Part shown: positions 1-9,759 of the stretch, one piece after another
Layout: each line of letters opens with the position of its first letter
Numbering within the stretch: position 1 is the first letter of the stretch
Position numbers and translations under genes: made by a program
Assembly (NCBI GenBank): GCA_965541585.1
Contig: CBEUCH010000002.1
Coordinates: 192,001 to 256,000 of the forward strand
From: an uncultured bacterium
GTDB taxonomy: Bacteria > Zixibacteria > MSB-5A5 > UBA10806
Reading direction: 5' to 3'
DNA length: 64,000 nucleotides
The notes under the pieces: generated by a model
What the model was told of the DNA's origin: nothing
Databases searched by the model: none
The model's input: only the letters and a program-made list of their open reading frames with translations

Positions 1-1
1 G

Positions 2-313
2 AGTCTCATCAGTCCCGTCGATTTTGACCTGGCGGTGGTATACTCGAGATTGCTCCCGGTGCCTTTCAGAAAATGGCTTATCGATCGGGGGATGAAGCTT
101 ATCGAAGTGCCGGATACCGAATTTGAAACCATGGCCTGCAACGTTCTGGCCGTCGCCCCCCGGAAATGTATCGTACTTTCCGGAAATCCTATAACAAAAC
201 GAATGCTTGAAGATGAGGGTGTCGAGGTCCGGGAATTTCGAGGTGATGAGATTTGCAGAAAAGGCGCCGGCGGCCCGACATGCCTTACCAGGCCGTTGCT
301 GAGGGTAGAGTGA
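2..313 (+). CDS. Amidinotransferase / arginine deiminase / DDAH superfamily protein, C-terminal part (truncated by window edge)
   Basis: Frame open from position 2; CNVLAVAP motif and C-terminal GAGGPTCLTRPLLR carrying the catalytic Cys typical of the family. Confidence 0.8.
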   Translation, partial: SLISPVDFDLAVVYSRLLPVPFRKWLIDRGMKLIEVPDTEFETMACNVLAVAPRKCIVLSGNPITKRMLEDEGVEVREFRGDEICRKGAGGPTCLTRPLLRVE

Positions 314-421
314 AACGGCGGGTTGATCACAGATGAACACCTGCGGAAAACAGTAAAAAATGGTCGCCAGGCGATCCCGCCCGCCACAACAGAATCTATA
401 TAGGAATCAGATCTGATGTTC

Positions 422-1072
422 TTATACAATGACAGTTCTGCGTCTGCGAACGGCGACCGTGCCAATCGCCAGTATCAGCAGGGCCATTATTAACATTCCC
501 CATTGGGAGAGGGTGGGGACGTTATTTTCCTCTTGCACGAATACGAAAAGAGTATCGGATGTGGTAAAAAAGCCACTACCATCTCCGTAAAAGCAGACGG
601 TATGAAAAGGCAGGATATAGTCGCCGGGTGCTTCGAATAATATTTCGTATTGCAATGATAGCACCTGGCCTGTTCCGACAGTATTGTCGAATGGACCGGG
701 TTCACCGGGGAAACCAAGTACCCACCTGTACGTATCGAAACAGCGTATCATCTGGTCAGGCAATGCTCCCGAATAATAGAATGAGATCGGAAAGCCGTCG
801 ATGGCAATATGTGAAGAAACTATAACGAATTCAGGAGGTAAATTTTCAGCCAGATACATGCCCGACAGATGGAACGGTTCACTATTGGCAACAGTCCGGG
901 TAATCACCAGCGTATCGGAGATCCCCGGGTACGTTGCAGATAATTCATATTCACAGGTAATATCGTAGCCGGATGGATGCAGTGTATCCTGACCGGATGA
1001 GGTGGACGGAAAAAGGATCAGACAACTCGATATATATAATATAGATCTAGTGATCCTGGCCAGCATGGCCAT
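422..1072 (-). CDS. Secreted protein with IPTL-CTERM sorting signal
   Basis: Signal peptide; C-terminus VPTLSQWGMLIMALLILAIGTVAVRRRR (motif, TM helix, basic tail); GGAGG RBS upstream; paralog of 14213..15049. Confidence 0.85.
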   Translation of the reverse strand: MAMLARITRSILYISSCLILFPSTSSGQDTLHPSGYDITCEYELSATYPGISDTLVITRTVANSEPFHLSGMYLAENLPPEFVIVSSHIAIDGFPISFYYSGALPDQMIRCFDTYRWVLGFPGEPGPFDNTVGTGQVLSLQYEILFEAPGDYILPFHTVCFYGDGSGFFTTSDTLFVFVQEENNVPTLSQWGMLIMALLILAIGTVAVRRRRTVIV

Positions 1073-1217
1073 TCCTCCGATTTTGCGCCTTTTTCGATTG
1101 ACCGGGAATGATCCTGGACGTTTGCCGAAGTTCTCAACAACTAAGATTCAAACCCCTCCCTTTTAAAATAACCTGCAGACGCCGGACCCTGCAACTGATT
1201 TTTCCGGATTAAATTAC

Positions 1218-1305
1218 CCCTAACGATACGCATCACCTACCGCTTTGGCGCGGAGCGAGGAACCAGCGCAGCGGAAAAGCGGCCGGGTGAATGGCCATGT
1301 CAGGC
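1218..1305 (-). mobile_element. attC-like integron cassette recombination site
   Basis: Minus strand begins GCCTGAC (R''-like) and ends GTTAGGG (R'-like); internal inverted arms TCACC/GGTGA and CCGCTTT/AAAGCGG; 88 bp; 27 bp downstream of the FkbM stop. Confidence 0.65.
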
Positions 1306-1332
1306 TACTTGTTCTTCCTGATTACAAGAACT

Positions 1333-2094
1333 TCAGATCTCTGTTTTCACAAAAATATCGCCATAAATAAATCCTTTCCATGATGAAATCTTATTAGGGA
1401 ATAAGTCTAGAAATTCTTCTTTAGCCATCCAGTCGTGACATGCAAACACGAGATTCTCTGCCGGTGTAATATTAATCAGCAGCCTCCCGAAATTTGACAG
1501 ATAATCGATACAAGCAATCGTTTTCGCAACATCACCTTTTTTGCTAAGATGATACTCAAGCGAAATATGTGTAATTGGCTGGCTTAGCCCTCTGAGAACT
1601 TCAAATTCAAATCCTTCCACATCAATCTTAATGTACAAAGGCTTACCATATTTTACTATCATCTCATCTAAAGTAACAATAGAAGCTTCAATGGTTGACT
1701 CAATTCCAACGTTCCAGTCTTCAAGGAAACCAGATTCCCCTCTATCTGCGCGTACATGAAACACACGTTTTTCAGTTTTAGAGCCCAAAGCTAGTTCCGA
1801 TATATTTAGATTTCTATTGTTCCCACATCGCGCTTTTAGTTCCTTTCTACAATCTGGTTGTGGCTCAAATGCAATAACCTTTGCGTCCAACTCTAGAAAT
1901 ATTCTTGTTTTCTCCCCGTAGTTTGCTCCAACGTCGAAAACAAGATCGCCCTTCATTATGAGGTTAGAGTAAAAGGCCAGATCTTTCTTCTCTCGGCGCA
2001 ATTCTTCTCTATGCAAAAAATTCCGATTAAACCATCTTGCCTGCCGATACAAACCGAATCTACGCGAAATGTTCTTTATAATTGTGTAGCTCAT
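1333..2094 (-). CDS. FkbM family methyltransferase (probable gene cassette)
   Basis: VFDVGANYG, IAFEPQP and IKIDVEGFEFEVL motifs; visibly AT-richer than its neighbours. Confidence 0.9.
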   Translation of the reverse strand: MSYTIIKNISRRFGLYRQARWFNRNFLHREELRREKKDLAFYSNLIMKGDLVFDVGANYGEKTRIFLELDAKVIAFEPQPDCRKELKARCGNNRNLNISELALGSKTEKRVFHVRADRGESGFLEDWNVGIESTIEASIVTLDEMIVKYGKPLYIKIDVEGFEFEVLRGLSQPITHISLEYHLSKKGDVAKTIACIDYLSNFGRLLINITPAENLVFACHDWMAKEEFLDLFPNKISSWKGFIYGDIFVKTEI

Positions 2095-2314
2095 CCGAAA
2101 CTTTTCCTTTTACACTGCGGATGGTCAGCAAGATTGATTTGTTCAGCCTAACATAATATCATACAAATCGCCCTCATATCAAGGTAGTCTACCCGATAGC
2201 AATGTCAACAAGAATCAAGGAAAAAGATAAAATCCTCACCGCGTATCAGCATCTTCTCTTTAAGTAGAAAAAAGACCTATGTGCTTGTATGGTAAAATAT
2301 ACAGATTGTATGGA

Positions 2315-3277
2315 TTATAACCCCAGCGGCGGTTTTCTCAGATATTCCGTAGTTCGCCTTTTCTGATCGATATCGTGCCAGACACGCTCCACCTGTTCCA
2401 CAGTCAAACCCATGACCCCGGCAACTTCTGAAGCCGGGAATCCACCCTCTTTGGCAAGCCATAGATGATCCATGATCGCAAACTCCAGGCCGAAAAAGAA
2501 TTCCTCCTGGCTCACCTCGGATGGATAGGTCTCGGCGGATGGGATTCGTGATCGTATCTTCTCGGAGATATCGAGGTATTCCGCCAGCTGGAAAATCTGA
2601 GTCTTATAGAAACCGACTATCGGTTTGAGATCGACGCCGCCATCGCCGTATTTGACGAAGAATCCCTGGTCGTATTCGTTTTTGTTGGCAGTACCGATCA
2701 CGGCGTAGTTGCGGGATTCAGCGTGGTAATAAAGCGTCAACATCCTGATCCGCTGTTTCATGTTGGAGGCCGCCACAATCTTGAGGAAGGGTTTCAATGG
2801 CAATCGCTTCTCCATTTTCTCACCATCCGGCGATTCCACTGCCAGCCGAAAAACATTGATTCTATCTGACTGGAGTATATTGGATGGCAAAACTATTTTG
2901 GCTTTCCAGCCTTCCACCCATTCGGGGAATACCTGTCTGAAGCCGTCGTCGCGATTCTTATAACATCCTGCGGCCTTAAGCGGCTCGGTGACGTTATTGA
3001 TTTCATATTCGAATCCCATTGTCCTGGCGAGATCGATAGCCAGTTCCGTCGATTCGGGTGAGTTATCCTGGTCGGGCAAGATGAGGCCTCTCACCTTTTC
3101 CGGGCCGAAAGCCTTTACACATAGCGCTGCTACCACGGAAGAGTCGACTCCCCCGGATATTCCCACAATTGCCCCGTGACGTTTAAGCTGCTTAAAAACC
3201 TGGTGTTTTAGTTTCTCGATAATATCGCCGACTACTTTTTGGCAGTCGATCTTTATTAAATCCCTGGAAAACTTCAC
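2315..3277 (-). CDS. nadE: NH3-dependent NAD+ synthetase-like amide ligase (cluster-associated NadE paralog)
   Basis: GISGGVDS PP-loop, NMKQRIRM, GTANKNE, GFFVKYGDGG; large insertion before the NxKxR motif. Confidence 0.85.
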   Translation of the reverse strand: MKFSRDLIKIDCQKVVGDIIEKLKHQVFKQLKRHGAIVGISGGVDSSVVAALCVKAFGPEKVRGLILPDQDNSPESTELAIDLARTMGFEYEINNVTEPLKAAGCYKNRDDGFRQVFPEWVEGWKAKIVLPSNILQSDRINVFRLAVESPDGEKMEKRLPLKPFLKIVAASNMKQRIRMLTLYYHAESRNYAVIGTANKNEYDQGFFVKYGDGGVDLKPIVGFYKTQIFQLAEYLDISEKIRSRIPSAETYPSEVSQEEFFFGLEFAIMDHLWLAKEGGFPASEVAGVMGLTVEQVERVWHDIDQKRRTTEYLRKPPLGL

Positions 3278-3290
3278 GCCGACAATCCCA

Positions 3291-3539
3291 CTATTTAGAT
3301 TGTTTCTTCTGAATGAATTTTACAAGATTGTTTATCGAATCGAGGTTCTCCGGGACGAGTTCCTCGTCCTCGATCTGGATATGATAATTCTCCTCGAGAA
3401 AGCCTACGAGTTCCAAAACTCCCGTGGAATCGATTATCCCTTTATCCAAAAGGGAATCTGAATCGGTAAGCTCTTCCGGATTCATGCCCAGCATGAAATT
3501 TTCGACAATGAAGTTTCTGATTTCCGCAGGTAGCGCCAA
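3291..3539 (-). CDS. Acyl/aminoacyl carrier protein
   Basis: 82 aa acidic protein with GIIDS phosphopantetheine site and ELVPENLDSI; AGGAGG RBS, TTG start. Confidence 0.9.
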   Translation of the reverse strand: MALPAEIRNFIVENFMLGMNPEELTDSDSLLDKGIIDSTGVLELVGFLEENYHIQIEDEELVPENLDSINNLVKFIQKKQSK

Positions 3540-3751
3540 GATTCCTCCTTAAAAGCCTCTTCGCCCCGATCTGATTTATCGTTCTATTCGAATCCTGTTT
3601 CTACGCCGACGGCCTTAAGCGCTTCAACCGATCAGGTCGGATGGTCGGCAACACCCACATAGAATCGTCGACCCTAATTCGTCGTTCTTTATTAAGTATA
3701 AATAACGCTTTTGTAAATTTAAAAGATCCAATTCCCGAACGATTGGCCATA

Positions 3752-5755
3752 CTATATTCTATCATCCGGTGCCTCCACTGAGGAGTCGTGCCAGACTTTG
3801 AATGAGGCTCTGTCTAAATCTTCGGCGACCGGGAAATTGTCGATAAAACGGTCAATCAGAAGCTGTGTAGACATGATGCCGATAAACGACATGTTATCCT
3901 TGAAAGAGAGATGAGCATGATAAAGCCTGGCGCACTTAGCTTTCAGCCTGGCCACAAAGGCAGGGTTGAAGATCCCCGCTTTTTCCAGAGACGTCTCCGA
4001 TAGCATCTCATCGATGTACGATGGAGAATCCGGTTGAAAGAAGCTGTTGGAGTCCGGGGCCATATAGGGTTGCTTGACCCGTTCGGTAATCTCAGGAGGC
4101 AGCTCTTCTCTCATGGCTTTCTTGAGAACCAGCTTTTCTTTCAGGCCGAGGATTTTGTGCCAGGGAGGGATGCTGGCTCCGAACTCGACGATCCGGTGAT
4201 CCAGAAACGGAAATCGCCCCTCGACGGAGTTGGCGGCTGAGACTCTATCTCCTTGGGAGGAAAGCAGATACCCGGAAAGCAGGGAGCTGGCCTCCAGAAA
4301 TTGAGCCCTTGAGAGATGATGCCATTTGAAAAAGTCCTCGGGGATATATCTCGCGTATGACTCAACGGAGTCGTAATCCCCTATTTGCGTTTTCACATCC
4401 TCAGTAAAATAATCCTTAACCTTGGTGGTCGTGTTTATCCTGGGAATATGAGAGAAATAAAACTTATCGGTTTCCGAAAGGCCGGCCTTGTAAAACGTCT
4501 CCAGGTAGAATCTGGCTCTCGCCGCTGAAAGAGGCAACGTTGGATACAGCCGTCGGAGAAGCGCCGGGCGCCAGGAAGATTCGGGATTCTTTGCCCAGAA
4601 TCTACGAATCAGCGTTTCCTTGAAAATGTCATATCCTGCGAGGATCTCATCGGAACCCTCGCCGGTCAGGACCACCTTGAAATTGTTTCGCCTGACCAGA
4701 CCGGAGAGCATATAAAGCGGCGTGGGGGCGGTTCGCAGGATAGGGCGTTCCGTGTGCCAGATGACTTTCGGGAAATTTTCAGCTATGTCGTGATAGGTGC
4801 ACTCTATTTGATGGTGGTTGGTACCCAGGAATTCCGACATCTGCTTTTGGTAGCCCGATTCATCGTAGGCCTTGTCATGAAAAGCGATGGAGAAGCTCTC
4901 GACTTTGGTGTCGGTGAAGTTTTTTATCAGGGCAGTGGTCGCCGACGAATCCAGCCCGCCGGAGAGGTAGGCCCCAACCGGAACATCCGCCCTCAACCGC
5001 AGCCTGACGGAATCCACCAACAAGGCATGAAGCTCCTCGGCCCAGGAATCGAGGCTTCTTTTATGGTCGAAGCTCTCGGGAAACTCCATCCGCCAATAGC
5101 GGTCGATGTTAACCTTGCCGTCTCTGATATCAATATATGAGCCCGCTTCCAATTCGTTGATGTTCTCAAAAGCAGTCCGCGGCGCCGCCGTTGTCCACCA
5201 GGTGAAAATCTCGTCCAACCCCGATAGATCCAGTCTCCTGGGAATCGAGCTATCACAGAAGATCGATTTTATCTCCGAGGCGAAATAGAAACGACCGTTA
5301 TGAGTGGTGTAGAAAACCGGTCTGATTCCCAGTCTATCCCGGGCGATGAATAGAGACCTCGCCCGCTTATTATAGATGGCAAATGCGAATTGGCCGTTGA
5401 AATGGTTCATGCAGTCTCTGCCCCACTCCTCGTAGGCGTGGACGATCACCTCGGTATCCGATCGGGTCTTAAATTTATGCCCCGATTTTATCAGTTGAGC
5501 GCGCAGTTCTATATAGTTGAATATTTCACCGTTAAATGTAATCCAGACAGTGCCATCTTCGTTGCACAGAGGCTGCGAGCCTGTTTGTAGATCGATGATA
5601 GACAGGCGCGCCTGGCCTAAAACAGATTTATTATCGAGATAGACGCCGAATTCGTCGGGCCCCCGATGGCGGATAATATTGACCATACGCCCGATAAGCT
5701 CTCTATCCGGAGGCGCTTCGCCCCGGAGCTGAAAATATCCCGCTATGCCGCACAT
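3752..5755 (-). CDS. asnB: Asparagine synthase (glutamine-hydrolysing) family amidotransferase
   Basis: MCGIAG with N-terminal Cys, HRGPD, FNGEIFN, LSGGLDSS, GEGSDE, EGRFPFLD. Confidence 0.92.
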   Translation of the reverse strand: MCGIAGYFQLRGEAPPDRELIGRMVNIIRHRGPDEFGVYLDNKSVLGQARLSIIDLQTGSQPLCNEDGTVWITFNGEIFNYIELRAQLIKSGHKFKTRSDTEVIVHAYEEWGRDCMNHFNGQFAFAIYNKRARSLFIARDRLGIRPVFYTTHNGRFYFASEIKSIFCDSSIPRRLDLSGLDEIFTWWTTAAPRTAFENINELEAGSYIDIRDGKVNIDRYWRMEFPESFDHKRSLDSWAEELHALLVDSVRLRLRADVPVGAYLSGGLDSSATTALIKNFTDTKVESFSIAFHDKAYDESGYQKQMSEFLGTNHHQIECTYHDIAENFPKVIWHTERPILRTAPTPLYMLSGLVRRNNFKVVLTGEGSDEILAGYDIFKETLIRRFWAKNPESSWRPALLRRLYPTLPLSAARARFYLETFYKAGLSETDKFYFSHIPRINTTTKVKDYFTEDVKTQIGDYDSVESYARYIPEDFFKWHHLSRAQFLEASSLLSGYLLSSQGDRVSAANSVEGRFPFLDHRIVEFGASIPPWHKILGLKEKLVLKKAMREELPPEITERVKQPYMAPDSNSFFQPDSPSYIDEMLSETSLEKAGIFNPAFVARLKAKCARLYHAHLSFKDNMSFIGIMSTQLLIDRFIDNFPVAEDLDRASFKVWHDSSVEAPDDRI

Positions 5756-5840
5756 AATATGGTTCTAAACCGCAACAGAAATGATCTCTGCTTCCTCCTT
5801 GATTATCGGGACCGAAAAGAACGATCGATGCGAATCCCGG

Positions 5841-7361
5841 CTATTTCTTCAATATCTTCCCGGATTCTGATTTTGGAAGGTTTGCAACCATTTCGATATA
5901 TTTGGGCACCATCAAATCCTCGAGATTATCCCGGCAGTGATGAAAAATATCATCGATCGATATTTTTGATCCATCGCGGACTACAACTTCGGCTTTGATG
6001 GCATTGCCCAGGATTTCATCCGGAACTGCAGTCACCCTGGCATCGACCACGTCCTCGATCTGATAAAGAACGTTCTCGATTTCCTTCGGGGATACTCTTT
6101 CTCCACGGCTTTTTATAATATCGTCCATGCGCCCCATGAAATACAGAAATCCATCTTTATCGATTCTAAATAGATCGCCCGTATGAAGCGCTTTCTCCCA
6201 GGGGAATTTTCCCGGCTTGAGTACTTTCGCAGTGCCCTCCGGGTCGTTCCAGTAACCCCGCATGACATTCGATCCTCTGACGACCAGCTCTCCCGTAGCA
6301 TCGCGCTCCCGGATATTGCCTTTGTCGTCTATCACATAAACCTCGGTATTGGGCATGGCTATGCCGACCGAGTCCGGCTTCCTGTCGACCAGATCCGGAG
6401 GCAGGTACGAGACCCGCTTACATTCGGTCAGGCCGTACATGGAATATACTTTTGCACTGGGGAAAATTTTCTTGAGCCTGGGGAAATAGCTTGGCGGCAA
6501 CGCCGCTCCTGTATTGCTTATATACCGGACACTTGTCAGATCCTTCTTTCCCAGACCCTCCATCTGCAGGAATATGGCCATCATGGTCGGAACGCAGGGG
6601 AGTCCCGTGATCCGTCTGGCCTGGATTAATTTTATCAGCTTGAACGGATAGCCGAATTTCTTTTCCAGCACCACGGTGCCGGAGAAAAGAAATGACATCA
6701 GCACCTGATACAGGCCGTAATCGAAAGATAAGGGCAAGACGCAAAGGACTATATCGGAGGTCACATTCTCCAGATATTGCGTAATGGACTTAGCGGCGGT
6801 CACCATATTACGATGGGAGAGGGTTACGCCCTTGGGATCGCCGGTTGATCCCGAGGTGTAGATTATTGCCGCCAGATCGAGATCGATGATGCGGAGATCG
6901 GGGAGCTGCGAATCCTGTTCGATAACTTCATGGAAAGCAATGCCCGCCTGCGAGTCTTTATCTATGGTCAAGATGGGCGGAAGATCGATCTGTTTTTTAA
7001 GTTCATTGAGCATCTCGATTTTGGAATTATCGGTTACGATGAAGGCTGGAGAACAGTCTTTCAAGATATACGAGAATTTATTGGACTTGATGGTCTGATT
7101 TACGACCGAGAAAGCTCCTCCGGCCAACAAGGTTCCGAAAATCGAGATGACTGTCTCCGGACTGTTTTCAAGGTAAGTTATTACGCGATCGCCTTTTTTT
7201 ATCCCGTTTTTAAGGAGAAAGGCAGCCAGGTTATGAGAATACCTGTCCAATTGGCTATAGGTGTAAGTATCGTCCCCGAAATACAGAGCGGTCTTATCCG
7301 GATACTCCCTCGCAGATTCCAACAGGAAATCACTTAGTAGATTAGCATTCATCTTTACCAT
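5841..7361 (-). CDS. AMP-forming adenylation enzyme (acyl-CoA/ACP ligase)
   Basis: YTSGSTGDPKG, LPLSFDYGL, MYGLTE, HTGD, GRMDD, SGKI motifs. Confidence 0.9.
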   Translation of the reverse strand: MVKMNANLLSDFLLESAREYPDKTALYFGDDTYTYSQLDRYSHNLAAFLLKNGIKKGDRVITYLENSPETVISIFGTLLAGGAFSVVNQTIKSNKFSYILKDCSPAFIVTDNSKIEMLNELKKQIDLPPILTIDKDSQAGIAFHEVIEQDSQLPDLRIIDLDLAAIIYTSGSTGDPKGVTLSHRNMVTAAKSITQYLENVTSDIVLCVLPLSFDYGLYQVLMSFLFSGTVVLEKKFGYPFKLIKLIQARRITGLPCVPTMMAIFLQMEGLGKKDLTSVRYISNTGAALPPSYFPRLKKIFPSAKVYSMYGLTECKRVSYLPPDLVDRKPDSVGIAMPNTEVYVIDDKGNIRERDATGELVVRGSNVMRGYWNDPEGTAKVLKPGKFPWEKALHTGDLFRIDKDGFLYFMGRMDDIIKSRGERVSPKEIENVLYQIEDVVDARVTAVPDEILGNAIKAEVVVRDGSKISIDDIFHHCRDNLEDLMVPKYIEMVANLPKSESGKILKK

Positions 7362-7731
7362 CTTAAAAAGACAATAGCCTCCGCTCGAAAAAACATTCGG
7401 CAGCCAAAATAAACCAATCCGCAGTCAGTGTCAATTTCAAATTTCCCCCGACTATGCTGCCAATATATTCTTAATCGGGAAAAAATGACCGCCGCTTTAT
7501 TCAGAATCGATGTAGATGAAGTCTTGCCTGCTGCTAAGTGGACTGGGAATCGAGGAGGACGACCAACCCTCGCCGATTAAAGGCACGGCAAATCTGCGGA
7601 TTAAGGTTATCGATTCGTTAACCTCCCCCCAATATTCCGCTTTGTTTATTGCATCCCTGGCTATATAATAGGCATGTTTTTGCCGATTACTCTGGTGGAA
7701 TATTTGCAGGGCGAGTTTTAAGGAGGTTTCG

Positions 7732-8655
7732 TTGAGATATCTGGTTACGGGCGGGGCCGGGTTTATCGGCTCCAATATAGTCAAAGGGCTGGTTGAAAGA
7801 GGATACCGGGTCAGGGTTCTGGATAACTTTGCCACGGGCCAGCGATCCAATATCGAACCCTACCTCAAGGATATCGAGCTTATAGAGGGAGACATACGCG
7901 ACTTCTGGACGGTTGTTAAAGCCACCAAGGGTATCGACTATATCCTCCACCAGGCAGCCCTGCCATCGGTGCCGCGTTCGATCGACAACCCCCTGACCAC
8001 CACCGAGGTGAATATCAACGGCACGTTGAATGTCCTCGAGGCGGCGCGGTTTAACGAGGTCCAGCGGATAGTCTACGCTTCCTCCTCGTCGGTATACGGC
8101 GATTCCCCCGAAATGCCGAAAAAGGAGGAGATGAAGCCGATGCCCAAATCTCCTTATGCCATAACCAAACTGGCCGGTGAGGAATATTGCATGAGTTTCC
8201 ATAATCTTTACGGTCTGGAGACGGTAGCTCTGAGGTATTTCAACGTCTTCGGCCCCCGGCAAAATCCTTTTTCCCAGTATTCCGCGGTGATTCCCAAATT
8301 CATCAACATGCTGAAAAGCGGGCAAAACCCGACCATCTGGGGAGACGGCAGCACGTCGAGAGATTTCACCTATATTGACAACGTGGTTCAGGCAAACATA
8401 CTGGCGTGCGAGAAAAAGGCCGCCGCGGGCTTCGTGATAAATATTGCCTGCAATAAAGCGTTCACGCTAAACGAACTGGTGGAGAAACTCAACGACATCA
8501 TGGGCCTCGACATTAAACCAACTCATGGTCCTGATAAAATCGGCGATGTAAAACACTCGCTGGCTGATATCAAGAAAGCCAATAGTATACTCGGCTACGC
8601 TCCCGAAATTGATTTTGGCGAGGGCCTGAAAAAGACGGTTGAATGGTTCGGCTAA
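7732..8655 (+). CDS. NDP-sugar 4-epimerase (extended SDR, WbpP/TviC-like)
   Basis: GGAGFIGS, HQAALPSVPRS, YAITK, LRYFNVFGPRQ; AAGGAGG RBS with TTG start. Confidence 0.9.
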   Translation: MRYLVTGGAGFIGSNIVKGLVERGYRVRVLDNFATGQRSNIEPYLKDIELIEGDIRDFWTVVKATKGIDYILHQAALPSVPRSIDNPLTTTEVNINGTLNVLEAARFNEVQRIVYASSSSVYGDSPEMPKKEEMKPMPKSPYAITKLAGEEYCMSFHNLYGLETVALRYFNVFGPRQNPFSQYSAVIPKFINMLKSGQNPTIWGDGSTSRDFTYIDNVVQANILACEKKAAAGFVINIACNKAFTLNELVEKLNDIMGLDIKPTHGPDKIGDVKHSLADIKKANSILGYAPEIDFGEGLKKTVEWFG

Positions 8656-8711
8656 TTCGGCATCCGGTCTGAAATCATTAATGAGGTCGCTGAATTTCCC
8701 GGTGGGTTCTC

Positions 8712-9725
8712 ATGACTAATCGTGCAGAATATAAATGGCCGCAGATCAGCGTAATTATCCCGGTCCGCAACGAGGAAGAATTCATCGGCCGGACTCTGCA
8801 ATATCTAATCGGGCAAGACTATCCACGGGAAAAATTAGAGATAATTGTCGTAGATGGCCGTTCCGATGACGCCACCCGCCGGATCGTCGAAGATATGGCT
8901 GCGAGTGACGCTTGCGTCAAACTCCTGGACAACCCGAAGATAATATCGTCTGCTGCAAGGAATGCAGGCGTGAAAGCCGCTAAGGGAGATATTGTGACTT
9001 TCGTAGACGGTCACGTTTATATCGATAATGATCAGCTTTTGAGGAACACGGCCATCCTGATGAATGAAAAAGAAGTGGATGTATTGAGTCGGCCACAGTT
9101 TCTCGATACGCCTGATAACCGATTTTTCCAGAGAGCTGTTGCCCTGGCAAGAAAATCGGTATTCGGGCATGGCCTCGATTCCACCATATACCTTGAAGAG
9201 GATAAATTCGTCGACCCGACATCATCTGGTGCAAGCTATAATAAAGATATCTTTGATCAAGTTGGTTATTTCGACGAGAGTTTTGACGCCGCCGAGGACC
9301 TCGATTTTAATCACCGGGCAGGCCGAGCGGGTTTCAAATCGTTCAGCTCGAGTAAGCTAGCGGTTTATTATTTTCCGAGGAGAACCCTTAGAGATCTCTT
9401 CAAACAGATGGTGAGATATGGGATAGGCCGTTTTCGGTTTCTAAAAAAGCATCGTAAGGGAGTCTCGTCCGGGGCATTGCTCCTGGCGCTGTTTTATGTC
9501 GGGTTGATTTTGCTGGTGCTCCTATCGATCCTCTCAAACCGCTTGCTCCAGGTCGCAGGATTACTCCTCGCTCTTTATATTGCGGCCAACCTCATCAGCA
9601 GCCTGGTTACGGCCTTGAAGAAAGGTCTCAAATACATGCTGGTTTTACCGGTAATATACATGACAATCCATTCTGGTCTGGTCTGGGGAATTATCAGCGA
9701 GGCTCTTAGATCGCTTAGAAGATAG
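8712..9725 (+). CDS. GT2 glycosyltransferase (ExoA-like) with C-terminal TM helices
   Basis: VIIPVRNEE, VVDGRSDD, FVDGH, AEDLDF; hydrophobic C-terminus. Confidence 0.88.
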   Translation: MTNRAEYKWPQISVIIPVRNEEEFIGRTLQYLIGQDYPREKLEIIVVDGRSDDATRRIVEDMAASDACVKLLDNPKIISSAARNAGVKAAKGDIVTFVDGHVYIDNDQLLRNTAILMNEKEVDVLSRPQFLDTPDNRFFQRAVALARKSVFGHGLDSTIYLEEDKFVDPTSSGASYNKDIFDQVGYFDESFDAAEDLDFNHRAGRAGFKSFSSSKLAVYYFPRRTLRDLFKQMVRYGIGRFRFLKKHRKGVSSGALLLALFYVGLILLVLLSILSNRLLQVAGLLLALYIAANLISSLVTALKKGLKYMLVLPVIYMTIHSGLVWGIISEALRSLRR

Positions 9726-9759
9726 AACTCGATGAAGTACAAAAAAACTTAAGTTGGCT

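Noticed and set aside
2315..7361. NRPS/PKS secondary-metabolite cluster
   Set aside because: Only a stand-alone adenylation enzyme and ACP; no C, KS or TE domains; context is polysaccharide
7687..8325. 212-aa minus-strand ORF and similar long antisense ORFs (e.g. 48568..49212, 54287..54934, 45296..45862)
   Set aside because: Shadows of well-supported genes on the opposite strand, with no motifs of their own
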